Shown in pieces: positions 29,217 through 39,184 of a stretch of DNA of 43,475 nucleotides. Positions within the stretch are counted from its first letter, which is position 1. Each line of letters begins with the position of its first letter. The DNA comes from Spirochaetota bacterium. Lineage in GTDB: Bacteria; Spirochaetota; GWE2-31-10. Location: the NCBI GenBank assembly GCA_022361115.1, contig JAKSBL010000286.1, positions 1 through 43,475 of the forward strand. Reading direction: 5' to 3'. The translations under genes were made by a program, and so were the position numbers. Below the pieces are notes generated by a model that was given only the letters and a program-made list of their open reading frames with translations, made no database searches and had not been told where the DNA came from.

Positions 29217-30905
29217 ATCTTTGTCTCCTGTTTTTGCAAGAACTGTAGTGATTTTGAAACAATAATCTCCAATATGTTCTAAGTGTTTTAAAATATCCAG
29301 GAAAATCATTTCACCCTTAATATCTGCACCCTGAGAGATGTTTTTTCGGCTGGTTTTCTTTAGTGTTTTTTTCTTTTCATCAATTTCATTTTCCATTTCT
29401 GCGGCAATACTCACATCAGGATATACAGATCTTCTCTGTAAATGATCTGAAATAAAGTTAATAAAGTCTAGTATTTCATAAGTATAATTTTCTATTTCTG
29501 TATTCGCATTTTTGTGAAATTTTAACTTCTTTCTTAACTTTTTATCTAATTGCTCATAAAGGGCTCGAATCGTTTTAGTCATTAGATCTAATTCAAAAAG
29601 TATCATTAAATTGGAAGAAATTAACAGGGCTTCTGGTTCACTCAATGATTCTGTTGTAACATCAACAATTGATTTGGTGATATCATCCCGCCTGGTTTTT
29701 AGTTTTCTATACATTCCTAACATTGTTTCATTTAAATCTTCCAATTCATTTTCATCAAAAGTTAATGCATTGATAAAATTCAGCAATAATCCATGATTTG
29801 ATAATGAAATTTCAGATATTTCATGATTGATATTAATGATTTTTACATCTGAAGAATGAGGAATGATGTTTAAAGTGTAGGGAGTGGATAAAATAGTCTT
29901 TTTATCTGGATATTTTTCCGGCCAAATCTTTACTAAAAGATCTTTAAAGTGGTTTACAAACCATACAAGGAGTAATACATTTACTACATTGAAAAAGGTA
30001 TGAAATGCTGATAAATGAAAAGGCAAATTAGCAGGATTATGAATACTTCCAGGGACGATCAGATCAATCATCCGGGTAAAGGGATAAAACAGGAGAACCA
30101 TCCAGAGAGTCCCAAAAATATTAATTAGCAAATGGGCAAAAGCTGATCGTTTTGCATTAGTTACCATCTGAATGGAGGCAATAATTGCAGTAATGGTTGT
30201 TCCTAAATTGGCTCCCAGGACAATGGCACAGGCAATATTGTAATCAATCCATCCTTTATAAGCTAAGGTAATGGTAATGGCTGATGTAGCACTTGATGAT
30301 TGTATAATAATGGTTAATAAAGCTCCAATGAGAATAAAAATAATGATGGATAAGTATCCTTGAGAAGTAAATAAGGTGAGAAATTCTAAAGCATGAGCAT
30401 ATTTATGGATATCTGGTAATTGATCTTTTAAAATGGACAAGCCAAGAAATAATAATCCAAAACCAAAGAAAAATTCTCCGATATTTCGCTGTGTACTTTT
30501 GGCACTAAATGACAAAGGGAGGCTGATTGCAATAAAAGGAAGAGTAAAATACATAATATCCATTTTAAAACCAAAAAAGGAAATGACCCAAGCGGTAAAT
30601 GTTGTTCCTATATTAGCGCCCAGTATCACATTGATAGCCTGTATTAAAGAAATCAATCCTGCATTTACCAAACTAACCAGAATAACAGTGGTGGCAGAAG
30701 AGGATTGGATAACAGATGTAAAAATAACTCCGGTTAAAATCCCGCTCAAGCGGTTTTTACTGATGAAATAGAGTGCTCTTTTTAAACGGTTCCCACTAGA
30801 TAATTGTAAACCAGTACTCATGATTCGCATGCCGAACAAAAAAAGGCCTAAACCACCAATGATGTAAATGATTTGCAGGAGTATTAAAAGTATATTAATG
30901 ATCAT
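29199..30905 (-). CDS. Na+/phosphate cotransporter family protein with PhoU-like C-terminus
   Basis: Duplicated QSSSAT and GAN(I/L)GTT motifs; GLGLFLFGM start; helical tail ending LEHIGDY. Confidence 0.93.
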   Translation of the reverse strand: MIINILLILLQIIYIIGGLGLFLFGMRIMSTGLQLSSGNRLKRALYFISKNRLSGILTGVIFTSVIQSSSATTVILVSLVNAGLISLIQAINVILGANIGTTFTAWVISFFGFKMDIMYFTLPFIAISLPLSFSAKSTQRNIGEFFFGFGLLFLGLSILKDQLPDIHKYAHALEFLTLFTSQGYLSIIIFILIGALLTIIIQSSSATSAITITLAYKGWIDYNIACAIVLGANLGTTITAIIASIQMVTNAKRSAFAHLLINIFGTLWMVLLFYPFTRMIDLIVPGSIHNPANLPFHLSAFHTFFNVVNVLLLVWFVNHFKDLLVKIWPEKYPDKKTILSTPYTLNIIPHSSDVKIININHEISEISLSNHGLLLNFINALTFDENELEDLNETMLGMYRKLKTRRDDITKSIVDVTTESLSEPEALLISSNLMILFELDLMTKTIRALYEQLDKKLRKKLKFHKNANTEIENYTYEILDFINFISDHLQRRSVYPDVSIAAEMENEIDEKKKTLKKTSRKNISQGADIKGEMIFLDILKHLEHIGDYCFKITTVLAKTGDKDSVSPF

Positions 30906-31563
30906 GGTGTCCTTCTGATTGAAAAATGTATTTATCAGAACTATTGTTTTTAAGAAATTTACTCAGTTCTTTCCCTAAACCCGGCAATTTAAAATACTTA
31001 TCCAGCATATTGAGTTTATCACTAAATTTAATGGCTCCTGATAACTCAAAATAATTATGAGCTGTATGTTGATCAATAATAAAGGGCAATTTATTCTGGC
31101 TTAATAAGATATAGTTCATTAGCAAATTACCTGTACGGTGATTTCCTTCGATAAAAAGCTGGGGTTGACTGAGCTGACGAAAATAAAATCCACTAGCCAA
31201 TTTATATCCTTTTAAACTGTTTTCTTCATTCTGATACCATTTAAACAAATGGACAATATTTTTTTGATACTTTGTTCGGGTTGCCATAATATGGCTGTGA
31301 TATTCATACTTTTTCTTAAAATTAGCACCACAGAGGACAATATGATTAAACTCTAATAATGAATAGAGACCAGCTTTTGAAAATATTTTAATATTACTGC
31401 GCAATAGTTGATTCAGAAAACGATAGGCTTCCACAATATTGGTAACCATACACTCAGTCATATCTTCTCTTTTAATTGATAATTTTGAATTAATTTGGTC
31501 AAAATTTTTATAAACTGAAAATAATGATTTTTCTATTTCTTCTAAATTAAATAAATACTTCAT
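30895..31563 (-). CDS. Fic/Doc-fold protein with degenerate active-site motif
   Basis: SQPQLFIEGNHRTGNLLMNYIL aligns with the HPFxxGNGRxxR helix-loop-helix; upstream LLEFNHIVL. Confidence 0.75.
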   Translation of the reverse strand: MKYLFNLEEIEKSLFSVYKNFDQINSKLSIKREDMTECMVTNIVEAYRFLNQLLRSNIKIFSKAGLYSLLEFNHIVLCGANFKKKYEYHSHIMATRTKYQKNIVHLFKWYQNEENSLKGYKLASGFYFRQLSQPQLFIEGNHRTGNLLMNYILLSQNKLPFIIDQHTAHNYFELSGAIKFSDKLNMLDKYFKLPGLGKELSKFLKNNSSDKYIFQSEGHHDH

Positions 31564-31745
31564 GATCCTACCAAATATAAAATCTCATTAATATATCATT
31601 TTCAAAGAACATTTAAAACAAGAATATGTCATATAATGCATTTTTACAATATTTTCAGCTGTTTTTTTTATTTTTAATACACTTAATAGGTAAGTAAAAC
31701 AGATAATTGTGAAGAATATGTTAATTTTTTTTAAGTGAATCAAAT

Positions 31746-32597
31746 TTATGAAATTTCCTGACGCATTTGATTATCTAATTCTATATATTTAGGGTGTAAA
31801 CGGTAATAGCTTTTTTCATTTTTTCTTCTTTGATCTCTGATGTCTAATAAAGCGGTAATCATTTTGTTACGGACATATTGAGATAACTCAGAGAGTTTCA
31901 TGTCCTGGTACTCTTCATAGGGGATCGGATCAAGTGTTTTTAGATGGACATGAGTATCCCGAATCCAGAATGAAAGGGGGCGAATGACATTCCAGCCATC
32001 AAAGATAACCGGTACAATATCCGCTTTAGTTTCTTTGGCAATCTTAAAAGATCCATTTTGAAATTTGCCAATCTTACTATCCTTGCTTTTTGTTCCTTCC
32101 GGATAAATTGCTAAGGAAGAACCATTTTCCAATTTATGAACCGTTTCATAATAAGCTTTTATCCGATCCTGGGGACTGGTTTTCATAATAATATTACCTG
32201 CCAGTAATGAAACCAATCCAACTAATGGAATTTTTAAATAGCTCTCTTTCATGACCGATTTGATGGCTCCAGGCAGAGCATACATAGCAATCACATCAAA
32301 AATGGAACAATGGTTGAGTACATATATTCGCCGCTCACCTTTAGCTGGAGCTTTTAAGTCACCAAAATCAAAATGATTTCTTTGTACAAAATTGAGAAAA
32401 TAGAAAATCTCACAAAAAAATTTTATCATATAAGCAATAACTTTGCGGTTTTTGTCAAAGGGTAAAGTAATCAAAAAGACAAAAGGGGCAATAATGATTT
32501 GCATGATATTAACCAATACAAACATGAGATATCCCCAGAATGTATAAAACCAGTGGAAAAAAGTTATTTTGTCAGGTACATCTTTTGGCATAATCAT
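31746..32597 (-). CDS. plsC: 1-acyl-sn-glycerol-3-phosphate acyltransferase family
   Basis: NHCSIFD (HxxxxD), YPEGTKS and IVPV motifs. Confidence 0.88.
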   Translation of the reverse strand: MIMPKDVPDKITFFHWFYTFWGYLMFVLVNIMQIIIAPFVFLITLPFDKNRKVIAYMIKFFCEIFYFLNFVQRNHFDFGDLKAPAKGERRIYVLNHCSIFDVIAMYALPGAIKSVMKESYLKIPLVGLVSLLAGNIIMKTSPQDRIKAYYETVHKLENGSSLAIYPEGTKSKDSKIGKFQNGSFKIAKETKADIVPVIFDGWNVIRPLSFWIRDTHVHLKTLDPIPYEEYQDMKLSELSQYVRNKMITALLDIRDQRRKNEKSYYRLHPKYIELDNQMRQEIS

Positions 32598-32749
32598 TCC
32601 TTATGGTAAAGCGTAAAAAAAATTTATTTTAAAAGATAGTGCATAAGAGTGTATAAGTATATTTTTTTGTAAAATATTAGTTGATTGGCTTAATGATTGC
32701 ACTTCATTAAAATTCTGCCTATTATAGCATATTTTATTCAGGAAATATA

Positions 32750-32776
32750 TAAAAAAACCTCCCCAAAGGGAGATTT
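32750..32776 (-). terminator. Intrinsic terminator after the REC-NrtA gene
   Basis: Minus strand AAATCTCCC-TTTG-GGGAGGTTT followed by a T run. Confidence 0.75.
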
Positions 32777-32816
32777 ATCACATTTGAAAGATATAAAGAG
32801 TTAAAATAACAAATGA

Positions 32817-34199
32817 TTAGTCTTTTTTTGCTTCATTAGCAAATCGAAAATCGATAAATTTTTCCAGATCGATGATCTTGCCGATTTCCATTTTTTCATG
32901 CATATAGCGCTGCATTCGATCCAGGTCGTCAATAACCGGATAGAGATCATTTAAAGTAATACCCATGGGTTCTTCCAGTACATTTTTTAAAACCTCAACC
33001 GTTAAGCCCAGTTTTTTTTGGGGATCTAAAAAGTCAACTGCGATTTCAGCTGCAACAGATTTGTTTGAATCGGCAAATTTACCGCATTCTGTTAAGTATT
33101 GCGTAAACTCAAACATGGCATCCGGGAATTGATCAATAATTTCCTGCCGCATAGCTACAATACAACATGGGTGATCTTTCCAGCGGGTTTTTGATAAAAA
33201 CTGGAGTTCTGCAATTCCTTTATTGATGGCATTTGACCCAATTGGTTCAGCAACAATAAAACCGGCAATTTCTTTATTCAACATCATACTTCGCGGCATT
33301 TGAATTGGCGGCACGACTTCAAAAGTAACATTGATTTCTGGATGTTCAGGGCCGGGAACACCAGGTTTTAAGCCTAATTCAGATAGAAATTCATGAGCCA
33401 GCATATTATGAATAGACATCTTATGAGGAATATTAACGATTTTATTCATATACGCCTCTCTCAATGATTCACTTTCTCTGATTTCTTTGTGTGTTGAGCG
33501 TACAAAAACACTGCCATTTTTATGTGCAAAGCTGATTAATTTAATAGGAACTTCATAGGCAAATAAATCCATGGCTATAGGAGCTAATACAAATGCACCA
33601 TCTATTGATTGGTTTTCAACTGCTTCAATAATAGGATTCCAGCCTGGCATACTTTGTGTGACTAAATCAAAATATTTTGGTTTTATTTCACCTTTAGCAA
33701 TGCGGTCTTTTAAAACGCCTAAAGCTAGGTGGTCTGTTATTTGAATGTGGCCAATTCTTAATTGCAATTTTCCATCAACAACAGAAGGAGCTTTAGCTGC
33801 TGGTTTTTCTTCTACTTCTTCTCCCAAAGCCTTTAATATAGCTGTTTTTAACTGATCTGCATTAAAGGGTTTTGCAATATGAGAATTCGCACCAGCATTG
33901 CGAGCTTCTTCAATTTTTGCTTTATCTCCCTGAGCTGTTGCCATAACAAAAGGGGTTTCTTTATACTGATCATTAGCCCGAGCCCATAGTAAGAGCTCTA
34001 ACCCATTTTTTTCCGGCATATTCCAGTCGCTAATTATCAGATCATATTTGGCTTCTTGCAATTTATCTATTCCATCTGCTCCGTCATTAGCAATGGTAAC
34101 CTCTTCTAATCCGATTTGTTTTAAATTGGAGAGAAATAGTTTTTTCATAAAACTGGAGTCTTCTGCAACCAGGACTTTTAACTTAGCATTTAAATCCAT
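32817..34199 (-). CDS. CheY-like receiver fused to a CmpA/NrtA (NMT1-like) solute-binding domain
   Basis: VLVAEDS, ISDWNMP (D58), T88 and K110-PF; C-terminal IGHIQITDHLAL, DGAFVLAPIAM, AHKNGS, IPHKMSIHNML, FIVAEP and HPCC; no signal peptide. Confidence 0.85.
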   Translation of the reverse strand: MDLNAKLKVLVAEDSSFMKKLFLSNLKQIGLEEVTIANDGADGIDKLQEAKYDLIISDWNMPEKNGLELLLWARANDQYKETPFVMATAQGDKAKIEEARNAGANSHIAKPFNADQLKTAILKALGEEVEEKPAAKAPSVVDGKLQLRIGHIQITDHLALGVLKDRIAKGEIKPKYFDLVTQSMPGWNPIIEAVENQSIDGAFVLAPIAMDLFAYEVPIKLISFAHKNGSVFVRSTHKEIRESESLREAYMNKIVNIPHKMSIHNMLAHEFLSELGLKPGVPGPEHPEINVTFEVVPPIQMPRSMMLNKEIAGFIVAEPIGSNAINKGIAELQFLSKTRWKDHPCCIVAMRQEIIDQFPDAMFEFTQYLTECGKFADSNKSVAAEIAVDFLDPQKKLGLTVEVLKNVLEEPMGITLNDLYPVIDDLDRMQRYMHEKMEIGKIIDLEKFIDFRFANEAKKD

Positions 34200-34263
34200 T
34201 ATCTGCTCCTTATCATTACATTACAAGTGTACTTTTTTAAAGTATTGATTATATCTATATAAA

Positions 34264-34292
34264 AGTGTAGTTCAAAAAAAAAAAACAGTCAA
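34264..34292 (-). promoter_or_regulatory. Candidate sigma-70 promoter with T12 tract in the spacer
   Basis: Minus strand TTGACT (34292-34287)-N17-TACACT (34269-34264); the spacer contains 12 consecutive T. Confidence 0.55.
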
Positions 34293-34363
34293 TACGGGAT
34301 TAGTAATTTATACTAATTCATAAAATAATTTGTGCTTTCCTTAAAATTTGGATTTAAACCTTA

Positions 34364-35635
34364 TCATACCTCTTTTTGTTCTTTCACCTGACTTAACAGG
34401 ATCGCACCAAATATAAAGAGGATAAAAATGCTCAATACACCATATTTTGAATCTCCTGTTTTTAAGCCCACATATCCCATTATAAAAGGGCCTAAAATAG
34501 CAGCAAATTTTCCAAAAATATTAAAGAAACCAAAATATTCTGCTGATTTTTCAGGAGGGATGAGTTTTCCAAATAATGAACGGCTTAAAGCTTGTATTCC
34601 ACCTTGAGAAGAAGCAACAAGAATAGATAGTACCCAAAAAAGAACTTTTTTTATTTCATTCGATGGAATGGCAGGTATGATAAACGCAACAAAAGTAATA
34701 ATTGAATAAACAATAATTCCAATATATATCATTGTTTTTGCAGAAAACAACTTTGCCAACTTCCCATATAGTAAAGCAAAAGGAAAGGCAACAATTTGTA
34801 TCACTAAGATAGCCAGGATTAGAAAGGTTGTACTTAAGCCTATATCTCTCCCATATGCAGTCGCCATGGTTATGATGGTTCCAACACCATCGATATAAAA
34901 AAAGTAGGCTAATAGAAAAAAGAAGAGATTTCTTTGAGTGAAGATAGATAATGCTGTTTGAATTAAATTACGAAAGCTGTCAATTATGAGATTTCCTCTT
35001 CTTTTTATATAATGTTTTTGCTTTACATTAAAAAAAAGGGGTAGAGAAAATAAAAACCACCACAGAGCAACTATGATAAAACTTAGTTTAGCTGCAGTTA
35101 ATGAAATAGCTCCAATTTGACCTGGTTCTTTGATCAATTGAACCAGGGCAAGCACACCGATAAAAGGGATACAGCTTCCAATATAACCCCATCCAAAACC
35201 ACTAGCAGAAATCCAGTCCATCCGGTCTTTGCTGGTAACATCAATTAGGAAGGAATCATAAAAGATATTTGCACCAGCCCAGCCAACTCTGGCTATAACA
35301 AAAAGAATCAGGCAGAATTGCCATTGTCCAGGTTTTATAAATAATAACAATAATGTAAATAAAAGACCTAGTAAAATAAAGGAGGTAATAAATTTCTTTT
35401 TTGACCCCTTGTGATCGGCAAAAGCACCTAAAACAGGAGCAATAAAGGCTAACAAAAGTGAAGCAATAGAATTGGCTCTTCCCCAGTTCCAGGTTGAAAC
35501 ATGCCCTTCAACTCCGGTAGAAGCAATATCCTTAAAAAAAATTGGCATAATAGCTGTTACCATGACCAGAACAAAAGCAGAGTTCGCTACATCATAAAGA
35601 ATCCAGCTGATTTCCTGTTTATCCATTTTACTCAT
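34364..35635 (-). CDS. MFS transporter, UMF1/Atg22 (YxiO-like) family
   Basis: SWILYDVANSAF, FYDSFL, GWGYIG, YIDGVGT, QALSRS and FGFFNIFGK motifs; ~12 TM. Confidence 0.92.
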   Translation of the reverse strand: MSKMDKQEISWILYDVANSAFVLVMVTAIMPIFFKDIASTGVEGHVSTWNWGRANSIASLLLAFIAPVLGAFADHKGSKKKFITSFILLGLLFTLLLLFIKPGQWQFCLILFVIARVGWAGANIFYDSFLIDVTSKDRMDWISASGFGWGYIGSCIPFIGVLALVQLIKEPGQIGAISLTAAKLSFIIVALWWFLFSLPLFFNVKQKHYIKRRGNLIIDSFRNLIQTALSIFTQRNLFFFLLAYFFYIDGVGTIITMATAYGRDIGLSTTFLILAILVIQIVAFPFALLYGKLAKLFSAKTMIYIGIIVYSIITFVAFIIPAIPSNEIKKVLFWVLSILVASSQGGIQALSRSLFGKLIPPEKSAEYFGFFNIFGKFAAILGPFIMGYVGLKTGDSKYGVLSIFILFIFGAILLSQVKEQKEV

Positions 35636-35696
35636 GAAAAAATCCTGACTTTTTTATATAACTATACAATAATTGTTAAAAAAAAGTGAATTTTTG

Positions 35697-36293
35697 TTAC
35701 CAATTACTGATTATTGGTAATTGAGCAATAATTATTAAAAATAGATCATTACAGTAAATCCAGATAAATTTAGCAAATAAACCAGATAACAGTCCAATGC
35801 ATCCACCGGCTAGACAATCAGAAAAATAGTGATATCCACAAACCATGCGGGCAAAGGCTGATAAAAAACTGAGTACTATAAATAAGGAAAAAATTATGGG
35901 AAAAAACCAAAAAGGAATGACAAAAGCCATTAATCTGCTGATATGACCAGAAGGGAAAGAATAGGGATCAAAATGGAGTAAAAAAGGATTATCATGATAA
36001 TTCATTCTTTTTCTTCTAATCGTATACTTTAATATAAATACCAGTATGGTTGTCAGGGTGAGAGCTAGTAATAGGGTAAAAAATACTTCTTTTTTTGACT
36101 GGAAAGATATAAAGAAGAGAAAAATCAAAAAAAGGGCGATACTGATTACCCCTCCGATTTTTGATACGTATTGAAATACTGGGTATTGAAATTTTTTTAA
36201 TTGCTGAATAAAAAAAAGATCTATCTTGTTGATTTTGTTTATCACTGTAAATGACCAGATACTCAATAAAAGATCACAGGCCGCTATTTCCAA
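35697..36293 (-). CDS. PAP2-family membrane phosphatase
   Basis: LKYTIRRKR, SFPSGH and ARMVCGYHYFSD motifs; start codon uncertain. Confidence 0.88.
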   Translation of the reverse strand: MEIAACDLLLSIWSFTVINKINKIDLFFIQQLKKFQYPVFQYVSKIGGVISIALFLIFLFFISFQSKKEVFFTLLLALTLTTILVFILKYTIRRKRMNYHDNPFLLHFDPYSFPSGHISRLMAFVIPFWFFPIIFSLFIVLSFLSAFARMVCGYHYFSDCLAGGCIGLLSGLFAKFIWIYCNDLFLIIIAQLPIISNW

Positions 36294-36311
36294 AAGGGCC
36301 TGTGATTATTG

Positions 36312-36590
36312 CTAATTTTTTTGTATTTTTTTAATAAAGCAATATGCAATAGCACTTTTTAAAATATAAAGTTCATCATGAAACTGAGTTTTTAAGAGGA
36401 TTCCATCAGGATAAATAGCCATTAAAGTACCAGATATTTTTAAATCAATTGTCGAAAGGGCGACGGAAATATCTTTGCCAACATGTTTTTCTAAAAATTG
36501 ATCCAGTCCAGTATTTTGATGACTCTCCCCAAAACAGATTGGAGGAACAAGGATTAAAAATACTAAAATTAAAAGTTGTGTTTTTCTCAT
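36312..36590 (-). CDS. Small hypothetical protein with signal peptide and Sm/LSm-like pattern
   Basis: ATGA overlap with the glgP stop; hydrophobic N-terminus; GKDISVAL...ISGTL...DGILL...YILKSAI pattern. Confidence 0.65.
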   Translation of the reverse strand: MRKTQLLILVFLILVPPICFGESHQNTGLDQFLEKHVGKDISVALSTIDLKISGTLMAIYPDGILLKTQFHDELYILKSAIAYCFIKKIQKN

Positions 36591-39052
36591 TTTTTTGTGT
36601 CTTTCATATTAATTTCTAAAGGTTTAACCCTCCAAATATCTTTGGCATATTCGCTAATCGTTCTGTCGGTAGAGAATTTTCCCATATTTGCTACATTAAA
36701 TATAGCTTTTTTGGTCCATTTTTCCTGATCCCGGTATTCTTCAGATATTCTTTTTTGGCACTCTAAGTAGGATTGAAAATCTGCCATATGCATATATGTA
36801 TCATTTTTTATTAAAATATCAACCAAAGGTTGAAAAAGGGCTGGATTTTCTGGAGAAAAAAAGCCGCAGGAGATGAGATCAACCACCTTCTTTAATAAAG
36901 GATTATTTTGATAGTAATCATAAGGATTGTAACCTTCTGCCCGGAGTTTTTCTACTTCTTCCACTTTTAAACCAAAGATAAAAATATTATCATCACCAAC
37001 TTCTTCAGCAATTTCAATATTTGCACCATCCAGAGTCCCGACAGTTAATGCTCCATTTAAAGCAAACTTCATATTTCCAGTCCCGCTGGCTTCTTTTCCT
37101 GCAGTTGAAATCTGTTCTGATAAATCAGAAGCTGGAAAAATTTTTTCAGCTAAAGAAACCCGGTAATTCGGTAGAAAAACAACTTTGATTTTGTTTTGAA
37201 TTGCTGGATCATGATTTACAATTGCTGCAATACTATTAATTAATTTAATAATAAGTTTGGCAATGTAATAACCTGGAGCTGCTTTGGCACCAAAAATAAA
37301 GGTTCTAGGAACAAAATTCGGATCAGGATTACTCTTTAAATCAATATACATAGCAACGATGTGAATAGCATTTAAAAGTTGTCTTTTATATTCATGAAGT
37401 CTTTTGACTTGAACATCAAAAATGGAATTGGTATCAACTTCAATCCCGGTTTCTTTCTTAATGATATCAGCTAAAATTTCTTTATTTTCTTTTTTGATTT
37501 TTTGCCATTCTTTCACAAAAGCCTTATCTTCAACTAATTTTTCTAAATTTTTTAGTTCATAGAGGTCTGTAATCCATTTATTGCCGATTTTATCAGTGAT
37601 TAGTTCAGAAAGCTTGGGATTGGATTTTAAAAGCCAGCGGCGTTGAGTAATACCGTTTGTCTTGTTATTAAATCGCTGTGGAAAAATTTCATAAAAATCT
37701 TTTAAAACTTTACTTTTTAAGAGTTCTGAATGGAGTTCTGCAACACCATTGGTCGAATGGCTGCCAATCATGGCTAAAAAGGCCATTCTAACATAACGTT
37801 CTCCGCTTTCATCAATAATGGAAACCCTTCTTAATCGATCCACATCTCCTGGAAACTGCATAGAAACATGGGTTAAAAAATCATAATTTATTTTATAAAT
37901 AATTTGCATAATCCTTGGGAGAAGCTGTTCCATCATACCAACGGGCCATTTTTCCAAAGCTTCTGGTAATAAAGTATGATTTGTATAAGCAAAAGTTTTT
38001 ATAGTAATATCCCAGGCTTCATCCCAGCCTAAGCGGTGTTCATCCACTAAAAGACGCATCAATTCTGGTACAGCAATTGCAGGGTGGGTATCATTTAACT
38101 GAATGGCAACTTTGTCCGGGAATTTTTTAAATTCATCATTATATTTTAAAAATCTTCGAATAATATCCTGAAGACTGGCACTAACAAAAAAGTACTGCTG
38201 CTGTAATCTTAAAACTTTTCCCATTACCGTTAAATCATTTGGATAAAGTACTTTGGAAATGTTTTCCCATTTATTTTTTTCTTCAACAGCTTCAATATAA
38301 TTTCCCATATTAAACTCATGAAGGTTAAATTGGTTCGTGGCCTTTGCTGTCCAGAGGCGGAGTGTATTAACTGTATCATTACCATAACCAGGGATAGGGA
38401 TGTCATAGGGGATGGCAAAAACATCTTCTGTATCTTCCCAGCGGTAGCGGGTAACACCAAAAGGGTCCTGAAACTCTTTTACCCAACCATAAAATCGAAT
38501 GCGCATTTCAAATTCTGGCCGTTCAATTTCCCAGGGGTTACCGAGTTTCAACCAATTATCTGGTTCTTCGACTTGATAACCATTGGTTATAGATTGATTA
38601 AAAATACCATAATCATAACGAATTCCATACCCATTACAAGGCAATTTTAACGTTGCCATGGAATCAAGAAAACAGGCTGCTAATCTTCCTAAACCCCCAT
38701 TACCTAAACCGGCATCTTTTTCTTCCTCCCGGATGATAGACAAATCCAATCCCAATTCTTTCATGGCTTCTTCACATTCCTCAAAAATGTCTAAATTGAT
38801 TAAGCTGTTTCCCAATGTTCGGCCCATTAAAAATTCCAGTGAAAGGTAATAGGCTCTTTTTTTGTTGGATTTATAATAGGTTTGCTGTGTTTTAATCCAG
38901 CGTTCGATCATCATGTCCCGAATCACTAAAGATAAGGCAAAAAAATTATCATGGTCTGTAGCAGTGTATTCGTCTTTTGCTAATGAATATTTACGGTGTT
39001 CCAAAAATTGACTTTTAATTTTCTCCACTATATCCTTTTTTAATGTTTTCAT
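36587..39052 (-). CDS. glgP: Glycogen/starch/alpha-glucan phosphorylase
   Basis: YLSLEFLMGR, GLGNGGLGRLAACF, QLNDTHP, KRLHEYKRQ and EASGTGNMKF (PLP lysine); start moved from the ORF-track 39097 to ATG 39052 because of the AGGAG RBS and promoter position. Confidence 0.97.
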   Translation of the reverse strand: MKTLKKDIVEKIKSQFLEHRKYSLAKDEYTATDHDNFFALSLVIRDMMIERWIKTQQTYYKSNKKRAYYLSLEFLMGRTLGNSLINLDIFEECEEAMKELGLDLSIIREEEKDAGLGNGGLGRLAACFLDSMATLKLPCNGYGIRYDYGIFNQSITNGYQVEEPDNWLKLGNPWEIERPEFEMRIRFYGWVKEFQDPFGVTRYRWEDTEDVFAIPYDIPIPGYGNDTVNTLRLWTAKATNQFNLHEFNMGNYIEAVEEKNKWENISKVLYPNDLTVMGKVLRLQQQYFFVSASLQDIIRRFLKYNDEFKKFPDKVAIQLNDTHPAIAVPELMRLLVDEHRLGWDEAWDITIKTFAYTNHTLLPEALEKWPVGMMEQLLPRIMQIIYKINYDFLTHVSMQFPGDVDRLRRVSIIDESGERYVRMAFLAMIGSHSTNGVAELHSELLKSKVLKDFYEIFPQRFNNKTNGITQRRWLLKSNPKLSELITDKIGNKWITDLYELKNLEKLVEDKAFVKEWQKIKKENKEILADIIKKETGIEVDTNSIFDVQVKRLHEYKRQLLNAIHIVAMYIDLKSNPDPNFVPRTFIFGAKAAPGYYIAKLIIKLINSIAAIVNHDPAIQNKIKVVFLPNYRVSLAEKIFPASDLSEQISTAGKEASGTGNMKFALNGALTVGTLDGANIEIAEEVGDDNIFIFGLKVEEVEKLRAEGYNPYDYYQNNPLLKKVVDLISCGFFSPENPALFQPLVDILIKNDTYMHMADFQSYLECQKRISEEYRDQEKWTKKAIFNVANMGKFSTDRTISEYAKDIWRVKPLEINMKDTKK

Positions 39053-39101
39053 TACAAGCTCTCCTGCTTTAATAGTTTGTTTTGTTAATAAATCCAAATT
39101 T

Positions 39102-39130
39102 ATTTTAAAAGAATGTCATAAAAAGTGCAA
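39102..39130 (-). promoter_or_regulatory. Candidate sigma-70 promoter of glgP
   Basis: Minus strand TTGCAC (39130-39125)-N17-TAAAAT (39107-39102). Confidence 0.5.
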
Positions 39131-39184
39131 CTTTTTTATTGTTTTTCTTGTGCACAAAAAAGCCATGCAATTTTTTTCCTAATT

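Noticed and set aside
39053-39097. N-terminal extension of GlgP given by the ORF track
   Set aside because: The RBS lies before ATG 39052, and the candidate promoter would start transcription at about 39095.
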